A DNA stretch of 64,000 bases from Tubiluchus corallicola (lineage: Eukaryota; Animalia; Priapulida), in the NCBI GenBank assembly GCA_030141605.1, contig JAQGDQ010000065.1, positions 124,001 through 188,000 of the forward strand, given 5' to 3'. This document shows positions 1-12,142 of this stretch, piece by piece. Each line of letters starts with the position of its first letter. The stretch's first letter is position 1. A model generated the notes under the pieces. That model had not been told where the DNA came from and searched no databases. It saw only the letters and a program-made list of their open reading frames with translations. The position numbers and the translations under genes were made by a program.

Positions 1-299
1 TCTTAGAGCATTTTCTTTTGATTTTTTTGTGCAAAACTAAAACCTCATAAAGTATGCTGTTTTTGACATTTGAGTGTTGTTTTAACAAATTTAATAGGCA
101 GAAGACTGTACAGAATTACTTATTTTTGCCATTAATGTAGGTTTTTTCGAAAAATGAAGAATTAAAACTGATTTAATGAATTTCAGTACAAGTTTTTTTC
201 GTCACTTTTTATAACCTGAGCTTATTTGCTGCTGGGACTGTAACTAACACAAAATGACCAATGTGTTTCTGGTAATTTTATAATCAACTTATATGAGTT

Positions 300-945
300 T
301 TTCACATTTATACCCCAAATACTATGAAATAGTAAAGATAAATTGTCATAAGATTCTAGTGTTTATAGAATCATATTCCTTTAAATTGTCCCAGGCTTGA
401 GATTGAGGTTTCTCACTCTTAACTAAGAATACCTTGCAGAGTCTTACTGGAAATTAACCATTTATCATTATTATTGGTTTGCTGATTATTAATATTGAAT
501 AACTTTAACACTAGAGCAGCTAAAGTTATGAAACTTGCAGGGTGAACATCTAGGGTAGGGGCACAGACAGGTATGATGATCCGTGATCTTATTATTTTTA
601 CTTTTTTCAGACTGCTGTAGAATTCGTGCATATATCTGGTCTCATGCATCAAGAAATTCTTAAAGATATAGGTAAATAGTTTTCTCTTTAAGGAATCTTG
701 AGGAGTCTTTTAGCAGATTTTCTTGCAGTCTAGGCTTACCGATGGCAGCATATCATGTTTTAGTTTTTCTAGTTTAGTCAAAATAATATCTTTCTTGAGG
801 TTTGTAATTTGGCATCATATATAATGACAGATTTTGATCTGTTACAGATTAAAGTATGGCGCAATTTGGGCACTGATTAAGTGTAGAACAAAATACAGTA
901 ACATCTGGAAAACATTACGAGTCCTGGAGTACATAAATTAAGACT
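300..945 (-). mobile_element. Possible highly degraded non-LTR retrotransposon remnant in an NT5DC3-like intron
   Basis: Minus strand shows faint, stop-riddled similarity to LINE RT C-terminal sequence (e.g. an SIWG-like stretch near 315-325). Boundaries approximate. Confidence 0.25.
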
Positions 946-1157
946 TTTACACTAAGTCTTTTGTAAGACTAAGCAAATTAACCAAACATGCTGTCGCTGT
1001 TGTTGAATTGCATTCATCGATTTGCCAACCATTATTATGTATGGCGTACCATTTACTTTAGCACCAGTTGTTGTAGTTTTACCTATAAATGAGAAATTAG
1101 CAGTATTTTCAGCAGTTTTCACACGATACATAATATAATACTTGTGTTCATTGGTAG

Positions 1158-4100
1158 GTAAATATTTGGAGAAAGAAAATGGTTTAAAAGACATGTTGCT
1201 GAAATTGAAATCATCAGGGAAGAGTATATTCCTTATAACGAATAGTGGTTATGCGTTTGTGTAAGTATGTGTTATATTATTCACATTTCTCATCTATCAA
1301 TGTTTGGACAAATTCAGTTACAGGGAATCTTTGTTATCCTGTTTAGTTACTAGCATTACAGGATTTTGCTGAGAATCGCAAAAACTAAGAATGACAAAGC
1401 AATACATAAACTGTACTTTTTACATGCACAATATTTCAAACATGAAGTTATGCACGAAACTACCCTTTTGGAATCTTAGGGACATTAAATACATGTATTT
1501 TTCATGATCTAAGTAATACAACTTTTTTCTCTTTAATTACGTGATTGAATTTTGTCATTTTAATTCTGGCATTTGAGATACTATTGCAAATCTATATATT
1601 TTCTGAAAGAGAATTAAATTTTCTAACACTCTAAATTTCATGTTTAAATTTGTGTGTGCATTTGAGTAGTTAACAGTGTATAAACCATTTTATAGTAAGT
1701 CTAGCATAAGTCCACATAGATCATTTGTTATGGTAAATTATGGTTAGCAACACTGCTTTTGTGCTAAAGGGTAAATGCTAAAGTTAGACCCCACTTAAAT
1801 CAAGCTTATTTGTTGTTTGATGAAAACAAGGTCTTCTTGTCCTTAAGAATTAAATTTCATCACTGCACCATAGCTAGTAAAGTCTGCGGTTAACAAGGAA
1901 CAGCTCCCCTTTACTGAGAAACTTCAATTGACAATTTTATAAATGGATTTTGTGAAACTGAACCAAATTGTTTTATAAAAGGTAATTGTGTTTGTATGTT
2001 TCTTCCCGAGAATTTCCATTGTAAAGGCAGTTTTAAAATGATAATAACAATTTATCACACTAACAATGAATTTTTATGCCCCGTGACAGGACAATAAAAA
2101 TAATATATTTATATCACTAGCTAGTCAGCAGTAGGTGAATCTATGAATAAAGAGATATACAGAGGAATGTGTGAGTGTTTCTTTAGCAACCAAAGTCGAA
2201 TAGCCCTGAGCCTGGTCAGTAAGTGGATAAATGACTGGTGTTATACTACCCCTAGGCATCTACCTTGGCAATGTGGCTGCATATGGAGTGGTTAAGACAT
2301 TGTGCTAATTCACTGTCTTACTTTAGAGAATATCCTTGATAATGAGCTAGATTTTGGTTCTACTGCAACTATCTACATGAGATAGGTTGTGTCGTATACT
2401 GCCAAATTTCAGCTTCGAGACTACCAAACTATACAACAATACGAATAAATCCGCAAATTTTAGAAAACACAATTTGAACAGACTAAATTGTGCTGTAACT
2501 TTTGTATTGAACTGAGTGTATGCAATGTACTTGTCGAAACATGCGGTATACAAAAGATAAAAATATGATAAATAATATGGTGCACTTTTTCAGATTAAGA
2601 ACTTAGGGCAGTGGATTTTCTTTGTGTGTTAATCAATTGTGCATTGAACACTTTGCTTAACTACATTGCCATAATTTTATTTATTTAGATCAAAAGGTAT
2701 GGAGTTCATGCTTGGAGAAAACTGGAGAGACTTATTTGACATAATAATTACTAAAGCCAATAAGCCAAAATTTTTTAGTGAGTCTACAAGGTAAGTTGTC
2801 TTGTTTATTATTTTTGCATCTTATTAAGCTTGTTGCTATTATGTAACACAGGAAGTAATTTGCAGTAGATTGGCAATAACTGTGATGTATCAACAAGTAC
2901 ATTCTCAGTAGGTGTAGCAAAGAATTTAATGTGATTATAAGTGCCGTGCTATAATAGAAAATCTCAGGTGGCATTTACAAATGAGAATACTGAAAGACAA
3001 GTTTCAAATGTACTTCAAGTAAAATAATATGAAAGGTATTCGCAGGTTAATTACATTTCTAAAGTTAACGTGCTGTCCGTTTTCTCTTATTCAGAATACA
3101 GCTTTTCCAGACAGACAGATTTTTTTATCTGACTTGCATTCATGATAATTCTAGTGAGCTTCTTTTCATCTTTCTGGATGGCATGCTAGTCTAGGTGTAA
3201 CAAGTTAATATTAACGTTTTCTTCATTATATTGATTTGGTGAAGGTACACCTGGTAATTATATTTATGTATGAATAACTATAATTGGCTGTTCAGATCTC
3301 AGTGCTCTATGGTTCTTAAGGCCGTGGTACCCTTTTTAGCTGTTTCGCTGTAGTTTACATATTTGAACCTGTATACATTGTTTCATTTTTATACATCTTT
3401 TCTAAGATATGTTAAGTGTAGGATGACTGTGTTCTGGACAGTTGTAAATAGTAATGGTAATAATAATAATAAGAATGATAATAAAAACCTGCTAATAAAT
3501 TCATGAAATTCAGGATTCAGTTAGGACACCGTGAATATATGTATTGTTGATATGATACTCAACGACTAGCGTTTTAATAGCAAAAAGTCACCAAAATACA
3601 GTCTTATTAAGGCAAAGCGCTTAATAGACAAACAGTTTGCAACCTAACAGCTAGTGGTAAAGAGAAATAAAAAAACTACGTGGCATCTTTATATGACCCA
3701 AGTTAGCTAAGTGTGTAATGAAGTTTGATGAAGAGCACAGCATTTATTGAAAATAATGCCCCTAAGGCTGTTATAATTAAAAAGTTGTAAATTGATTTTT
3801 CAGGATCCCATATAATATCAATTTGACTTGTGGCTATTGTTAAAATTTAAGGACTTGGTATTTTAAACAAGATATTAGAAGAAATTTTTAGTTTTGCGCA
3901 TGCCCTGTTTGTGACTTGGGCAGACCAATAGGGATATACTCAGTGATGTTGGGTACTTTTCATTCCTACTGAGTAGGCAGTTTTCTTTCAAGTTTCTGTT
4001 TTTCCTTACCTTTATATTTTACTTTTTGCATTGCTGATAAAACTGTAAGAATTGTCATTTATGTTTCATTGCACAAGTCATTTTTTGACTAACTGTAACT

Positions 4101-5320
4101 TGTGTTATTAGTTTACTGTTTGCATGTAACGGGTAAAGGATACTCATTGCACTGATTAGCAGCATGATGTAGTTTATTAACTTGCTTTAACCTTATGCAC
4201 TTTAGTCCAGAACATATTTTTCATCAAGTAAATATGCAACATGTTTGAATCAATAGCACGTAATGTTATAGTAGCTTTGCATTAACTGACTAACTTTTGC
4301 ACCATGTTAAATTTTTTTATTTTTGCAATTTTCACAAAAGTTTAGACGTAATTTATCAAATTGTTCTCCGATGTATTCTGCCTCCAGCCAGCCTGGACCT
4401 GTTGCATGTGCACGGCCATTTCGGTTTTACGATGTTCAAAAGAGAGCAAGAACATGGAATGTCGTTGACCGGTTAGAGCGAGGGAATGTGTATGCTGAGG
4501 TAATGTTTATTTAACTTGTAATTTATAAGCTATGTCTAAATACAATTAATTTTATATATCTTAATTTGTGTTTTGCTTTGTATTTAAATACCACAGAATG
4601 GGTTTTTGCCATTGTATTATTGATATTTTATATTCCCTTTCTTGTGATTTTTTTGCTGAGCTGCATATGGACTGTGTGTTCATTAATATTCAAAAGTAGT
4701 AAATTTAGTGATGTTTTGTTCATTTTTCCTTTATCAGAAGATAATTCACAATAGTGGCCTGTGAATTATCTGGTGGACTAAAACACTGTGTCCTTTTATT
4801 TCTTTTTGTTAAGATATTTTATTAATTTATTTCATTTCTTTTTATTAAAATTTCCAGGCTTTTGTTTGAAGTTTTCTTTGTTCCGAAAATATTTTCCGGA
4901 AATGAGAAATAAACACTCACTCGTATGCTGTCTAAACCCCGGTATAATTTTATTGACTTTTAACCAACTGCAACAAAAAAATCTTCAAAGCAGGAGAACA
5001 GTTTTTGTTTTCAGGCAGCTAAATATGAATCAAGTCACTTTGCCAACTTAGTTTTCATGTTTTCAGGGCAATATAGATCATTTCAAGTCTATGACTGGTT
5101 GGGTTGGAAGTAAAGTGCTGTATTTTGGCGATCATGTTTATAGTGATCTAGCAGTAAGTATATATGAAGCTTACTTGTGAACAATGGTAATTTAAACATA
5201 AACAATTTGAATTTATTTAAAGATTTGTGCGATGCAATAATCCTTCTGTTTATAAGTTTGCAGCACAATATGCGACATTGTGGAAGAAATAAAGGAAATA
5301 ATACATCTATATTGCCACAT

Positions 5321-5372
<52 letters not shown>

Positions 5373-5481
5373 ATTAAATCACTGATTTCCTTTTCAGGAT
5401 CCTGCAATAAGACATGGCTGGAGAACAGGGGCTATTATACCAGAAGTCGAAGTAAGTAATGATTTACATTTACATATATAC

Positions 5482-5536
<55 letters not shown>

Positions 5537-8500
5537 CTTCCTGTTCACCATTTCTGCTTTTCAGACGATCATTTGTCTCCTCTTTCCAGTTTCACATCAG
5601 TGCTGCCTCCAGTAGATGTATGGAGACACTTTACTTATTTGGACATGCTTAGTGCAGTCTTATCTTGGTCATTCCTATGTTCCTGGTGCATGTATGCCAA
5701 GCTTCAGTTTTTCTTCCAAGTCGTCATAAAACTGCTTAATCCTTTTTTCCTCTTTACAAATCTCGGAATTTACCTGCATTTATATAAAACAAGATTCATT
5801 ATACACTTTTTTCTTGTATTTGATCAAGTAAATATTAAACAATACTGGAGATGTTTGGGGGATCTAAGACTGGTAATGTTGAATGTGGTTGGCCAGCAGA
5901 GATGAACTTTAAGTAGCTCACTGAAGAATGAGGTGGCATAGTGGTCTAACGCATCAACAATGTAAGATCCCCAATTCAAATCCAGTCAAACTTTTTCACA
6001 TTTCCTGCTTACAAGCTCGCATCAATTTTAGTTAATTGTGGGTTTATAACATCATTAATAATCTCGATATTAAGATTATAAAACGGATGAAATTACATTT
6101 TTAATGAAGTTTATCTAAAGAATGTTGACCTAACATCATCTAGATTTGACACTTACAATTTCTTTTTTCTCCTCAACTCCACGTGTAAATGCTTGCCATT
6201 CTTCTTTCTTCTTTTCCCGTTCTCGCTGTACAGCATCTGAAGCATAATCTTCATGCTCTAGTGCACAGATTTCTCTACACTTGTTTGTTGTTTGGATAAT
6301 TCTGAAAAGTAGTTGAAACTATGAGAATTTCTGTAAATTGTTCTTGCCACTTACCCACGTAGAAAAATAAACCTAGGGTTATGGAGGACTGCGATGAACT
6401 AGAACGAAGAAGTAATTTTCACTAGCAAACTAAGAAACACTGTTTATTTAAACCGAGAACATCAGTTAACTGTGTAAAGCACACGTTTCCAAAATTTGCT
6501 TGAATTGATTCTAAAATTAGCGATGAGTATATAATCTGTTTCTTACTTCCGTGCGAGAATTGTCAAATCAATAGTTTCTTTGTGAATTTCCTCTACACAC
6601 GCATTTGCTTGACCTACGTCGCTTCTTAGCTTTGTTAGTATCTCCACGTCATTTTTATTTCGTTTTGTTTCTAATTCTTTCACGAAAAAATTTATTTCTG
6701 CTTGCAAAATGGGTCTGTGGTCAAACAAACGGGCATAAATTTCTCCAACATCTTTTACTACACTTTCTACAGACGCCATGTTTGTTGTTGGCAACTTGAC
6801 TTTGTATCTGCTGCCCCCTATACGAGAGAAAAATCAATTTCAAATTTTAAGTCAAGAACCAAGCCAAGATCTAGTATTATTATTTAAAACCATTTGAATG
6901 AAAAGCTGGTAATATTATCGTGAGAGTGTGTACTTGTCAAGAACAGACTTATAAGGCCAAAATTTTCAACTTTAGCCTTTAGCCGTTAGTACAAAAGCAG
7001 TCATTGCTAACCACAATGCACCATGACGAATGATTTATGGTGGCTTATGCTAGACTTACGATAAAAAAATAACACTAATGTTGTCAGCAGCTTCAAATAA
7101 TCCAGTAAAATTATTAATAAACAAATAGAACTGGCAAAAACTAGGACTGATGTGTTTAACTAAATTAATATTACTGTCACCAACTGTCTTGACAGCAAGA
7201 GCATTCATAAAAGTCAGTACTGTTAACTGAATGAGAAGGATTTAAATGATTTGATAATCTAATTTAATACATGATAATCTTCTGATAACTACACTATCAG
7301 ACGAATGTATGATAGCCTTGTATAACTTATCTTTAGCTTCAGTATTGCAATTCGATAATTAGCCATCTACTTCGACCAATGGTAGTTACTCAATGATTTC
7401 TAATATTTTTTATTTTTTTAATTGTTCTGCTTTCAGCATGAGATTAAAGTTATGAATTCTCATACTTACAAGTCCACTATAGTTTGGTTACAAGCTCTCC
7501 AGATGCTTATAGCTAATATGCAGGTACGGCTGTTTGATGCCATGCTGGTTACTTGTAGTTGTAGTTTAATTAAAAAATGTTTACGGTTAAAATACATCCA
7601 CTAATACTGGCTCAATAATTTCTCTTATAACTGCAATAAATATGCATTTCCTTCTGCAGAATGTTGCATAAATTTTCAAGGAATAAGTCAACAAATTTTT
7701 TGGCAACAAAATTAAATGCTTTTGAATGCAATATTCAACGCTTCATGAAAATCATCCGATGTGTTATACCTATACAGTTTTCAAAACACCAACAGGTATA
7801 GCAAAAACATTGTTAAACAATGTAAGCAACTTTCTAAGATATGTTGCTGAAACACACATTTTGATGATTTACAAATGCAAGTGTTTTGTTTAAAATATTT
7901 TAATATTATGACAGCAAAACACTTTTTCACATTTCAAGGCTTTTTCAATAAAACTGTAGCTGATTAATTTACCCATTTATAATTTTAAATAGGATTGTCA
8001 TGACAATGCAATATCCCAAGAAATAATTGATGAATGGAAAGCGGAAAGGCAGCATTTAAGGTATTCTTGTTTTTATTGCATTTGTGTTTTTTTTATTTTT
8101 TTGACTGGGCAGAAGCATTTTTTTACTCCCGTGCTGAAAGCTGAACGTCCAGTTTCAAAAAATGAAAATCATCTGTGAGTGTGCGTGTATATGTCTGTGC
8201 CTGTGCTTTAATTTACAGATTAGACGCTTTACTATAGTAGTTGCTATGGCCAGTTGACAGGTTATCTTAAAATCAAAGTGAGAATTTCCACAATCTGTTA
8301 AAAGAAAAGATCAGTTGAGTTTGAAGTAAATCTTAGGCATTTGCGGTAGAAAATTGTATCAGTTAGTCACACTTATATTTGTTTTAACAATATGTGTTCA
8401 TACTAGTGAAACTATTTTGTAATAAATAGCACCAATGTCAGAGAACCTATTGCAAAATCAGAAACCTATGATTCCAGCATGTATCAATAGCTTAAACAAA

Positions 8501-11500
8501 TAATATTCTCCTTTATGAAGTAATACAATTTTGTTTTACTAAGACAGTCATTTCTGTACTACTAGTTTTTCAACAGCTTTTTTTAGAATGCAAACTCAGT
8601 TTTTTGTGTAGATGATCAACTATTGAAACGTACACAAGGAGTTTAGTTTGCAAGTTTGCGTAGCGCTCTTCGAAATGTGACTTCAGCGTATTGTTAAATT
8701 AATTGTAAACAAGATACTACTTCAAGGCAAATTTCTATGTTAAAGTGAATAGTCGCTGATGCTTTTAGTTCATGAATGTACAATCAGGGAACACATAAAG
8801 AAGTTTGACAACAGAGGGTGAAAAGCTGGTGATCGTGACTCAGAGTTCTTGCGTCTGTATGGTAAAAGCACACTCGCAGACAGAAAATTAAAAATTTTAC
8901 TAACAAGACTGTTTTGCAACTGCTGTACTGTTATGCACTTTTGTTAACCTTTGAGTAGTTGGTGATACTTGTACAGTGTTCCCTCACTTATCGCGGGTGC
9001 TCCGTTCCTGGCTCACCCGCGATAAGTGAATTTCCTCGAAGTAGGGATGCTATACTTATTTTGCACGGTATAACACTTATAACAAATTGCACGGTACCAA
9101 TCGTGTGTTGTGTACAATCTCACGTCGGCAAGTAGCATCTCAAGCGGGCGCAAGTACTACATTTCGTTTTTGGTGTGTATTCATCCGCCGAATAAATACA
9201 CTATTTACTGTAAATGGTAATTTATTATGATTTATAATATTCTTTTAATGTTAGAATTAATATTTTAAATATATTTTTATACATTTTGTGATTTTTTTTT
9301 GCAAAATTCATCAAACCTATACATTAATGTACAATACATACTACGCACGTGCAAAAATACTTTAGACGGACTACCGCAAAAACCCGCGAAACAGCGAAAA
9401 TACCCAGATAAATATTATACATTAATATTTTTGAAAAACAGCGAGTCCGCGATAAACAAGCTGCGAAGTAGCTAGGGAACACTATACAGTCTAGCCTCGT
9501 TATCTCGCCCCTCGTTATGCCGCCAAACTTGTCTCTCACCATAGAAAGTACCAGGACGGATTTACTGCTTTGATATTTACCTCGTTAAGTCGCCACCCTC
9601 GCTTCTCGCCCTCGCCACGTCATGCTAGGATGAGTGCTTATATAAACTATATTCGTTATGTCGCCAGACAGACAAACTCAGAGGTGAATCGATCAATACA
9701 TATACCGCGTGTCGATCAATATAACCGCGGTATGTAGACAATGCTGCTGTACTCGATAGACAGACATAATTAATCTAGTCTCACCAGGATTAGATTAGGA
9801 GTGCTGTGGTTGGTTAATGCGCAGAGAAACTAAAGCGTCACCGATATCCTTACTCTATAACACCAAAGCTGCGTTTAAGTTTGAGTTTCCACAAAGTGTG
9901 AGCAACTTTACATGATGTCTCTGAAGCGAAAACTGTTTTGTCTTAATCCTGAACAAAAACGACGATATTCAAGGATTGTGTTTGATTAAACGTCGTGTTG
10001 ACTGCTTGCATGTATCATCAATGAAACAGTCATCTCTTCTGAATTATTTCAGTCGTCAGTAACTCATTTGTGAACATTTCTAAATCTTTTGCTAAGTTTA
10101 TTGCATTTAAGTGTATACTCGAAAAAGGTTTTTTAAATAAAAAAGTAACATTCTAAGATTATTTTTATGACATTTTTTCATTTCTGATTTAATGTTTATT
10201 GGTATCATAATGCGAAATATATTTTGTATGTACATAGAGGAACATTATGTTAATCAACTATTGTGTATATACATATAGACTAACTTCGTTATATTTCCGT
10301 TATCTCGCCATACTCGCCTCTCGCCAAAAATTTGCCCTAGACGGACAGTGGTGAGATAACGAGGCTAGACTGTATTTAGTTTTTTATGGTTTCAGAGATT
10401 TAACAAAGGAGTTGTTTAATCCTCGATTTGGCAGCATATTTCGCACATATCTGAATCCGACATACTTCACGAGGCGGCTGGCTCGTTTTGCTGACATCTA
10501 TACATCATCAGTTGTAAACTTGCTCAATTATAGCTTAAAGCACACATTCTATCCGCAACGCTCAGCATTGCCGCATGAAATCGATTATGGTATGTCTTTT
10601 TTCATTTCAATTTGCTAATTTTTGGTCATAAATAGCTGTAATAAATTATAACTTTAATATAAATGCCATCTTAAATTTAAAGATAGAGTTCCCATGTTGT
10701 TATCATCAAATGTTTTTTTACAAATATACGTGTCCCAACTTCAATGCTGAATACATTGGTAAAATGTCTAAACACCAGACATTTATTGGTAAGAGCATGG
10801 AATCTCATATTTGATAATGAAAAATCTCAAAAGCCCTACATATATCAATTTTGAACCGTATCAATAATACTAAATCAATCAAACATTAATAATTTCAGTA
10901 TTATTGCCTGCATGTGCTGCTATTAAATGTTCCTCTTGTTTATTAAAGAAAGCCTTGCTATTTGGCGTAACAAACATATAATACCCAAAGCAACTACAGC
11001 AAGTCCTTGCTTAATGACTCGCCATTTAGCAACATTTCGTTTTAATGACGCTGTTCATTTGAAACCTTTTTTCACTTAATGATGTATTTGATCAACAAAA
11101 TTTTTATGGAATTTGATGCATTAAAACAGCACATATTGTGTTATTCTGCTCTAAAAATGGCACTAATAATGTAAACAGTGCAATTATTATACATGTTTTG
11201 CTTCCCTACTGACTATTGATGCTACTACTGTATTACAACTATCAAGTGACCAGTGAGCAAACTTTATGCAAGGAATTTTGCCTGCAACCTGTTGTTATAG
11301 CAGCCAGACCATGTTGTTGGTAAAATTTTTAAGGTCAGGGCGTGGTTTTGAGTCTGCAGTGTTTGTTGCTTAGCTGCTGACTAGGATTAAATGTTAACGA
11401 AAGAGAAACTGCTATAGTTAGGTATTGGTAAAATAAAATATATAGGTGGTGGTTTCGGGCAAGCAGGAAGACATTAATCAGTAGAAATATGGAGAAAACT

Positions 11501-12142
11501 CATAGAATGTTTAACTTATATGATTTAAGCAATATTGATTTTTGTCTCTGGAGTGTATCTCACTTCCTTTTCATTATTTTCTGTGGAAGTTTTGGCTTTG
11601 TTTAACGACGTTTCGCTTAACATCACATTTTGCTGGAACGCATTAGCGTCGTTAAGCTAGGACTTATTGTATATCTTTATCACTGTTCTATACATTCCTC
11701 TCTGTTACACTGTTAACAAGTTGAATGGTTAACTGTATAGCTCACCAACAATACATGACACTGTTGGAGTCAGACCTTTGTGGAAATCTTATGTATAATT
11801 TTAATTAAAAACTTTTGGATGTTGGTAATGTTTTTATTGTAACTAGCTTGTAATAAGGAATGGGACAGGTAGCAGTTAATCGTTTAACCAAGTCTCATCA
11901 TTTTTATACTTTGCTAAAAAGCTTGTTTGTCATCACATAATTGCATGATCAATGAGACACTGATTTAGGAATCCACAATTTGATATTCTGGATGGCAAGT
12001 GACATCAGTATTTTGTTATGAAGTGAATATTGAACATTTCTATTGTTTAGGTGCACCTCTTTATAATGTTGATACCGTGAAGATAAACACCTCAGTATTC
12101 AATGACGATAAAAGCAGCCAAGGACTGGAAATTTTCAAATAA
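1158..12142 (+). CDS. NT5DC3: 5'-nucleotidase domain-containing protein 3-like (HAD superfamily); N-terminal exons lie upstream of the window
   Basis: Phase-consistent GT-AG exons: 1158-1260 ([18 protein letters not shown]), 2689-2790 ([28 protein letters not shown]), 4346 or 4388-4499 (RPFR), 5067-5153 ([16 protein letters not shown]), 5398-5451 ([13 protein letters not shown]), 7437-7523, 7993-8060, 10396-10589 ([34 protein letters not shown]). Probable last exon 12051-12142 ending TAA; alternatively read-through to a stop at 10618. HAD motifs II-IV (ITNS, K, GDHxxxD) match NT5DC2/3. Confidence 0.93.
5321..5370. repeat. (CA)n(TA)n compound microsatellite
   Basis: Direct reading of acacac... 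followed by atatat... Confidence 0.97.
5484..5533. repeat. (TA)n microsatellite
   Basis: About 25 TA units read directly. Confidence 0.97.
5675..6779 (-). CDS. BLOC1S5: BLOC-1 subunit 5 (Muted), 3 exons, 158 aa, nested antisense in NT5DC3-like intron 5452-7436
   Basis: Exons 6779-6547 ([40 protein letters not shown].., matching the Muted signature KDxGEIxxRLxDHRP), 6301-6157 (..[14 protein letters not shown]..) and 5773-5675 ([23 protein letters not shown]). Junctions are GT-AG and in phase; 477 nt total. Confidence 0.9.
5931..5990 (+). mobile_element. Degenerate tRNA-derived SINE head
   Basis: A-box-like GGTGGCATAGTGGTCTAA and B-box-like ATTCAAATCC; no intact cloverleaf. Confidence 0.45.
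8974..9484. mobile_element. Tigger/pogo-type (Tc1/mariner superfamily) MITE
   Basis: Imperfect TIRs CAGTGTTCCCT...AGGGAACACTA flanked by TA, with subterminal CCGCGATAA motifs at both ends. Confidence 0.8.
9487..10372. mobile_element. Tc1/mariner-type MITE, apparently young
   Basis: Perfect 20-bp TIR CAGTCTAGCCTCGTTATCTC / GAGATAACGAGGCTAGACTG, TA at 9485-9486 and 10373-10374, internal TCGCC repeats. Confidence 0.9.
10997..11669. mobile_element. Tigger-type MITE
   Basis: TIRs CAGCAAGTCCTTGCTTAATGAC / GTCGTTAAGCTAGGACTTATTG with TA on both sides. Confidence 0.82.

Noticed and set aside
5089-5905. ORFs with [11 protein letters not shown] or HTHTH runs
   Set aside because: Translations of (TA)n and (CA)n microsatellites; one also overlaps BLOC1S5 exon 3 antisense.
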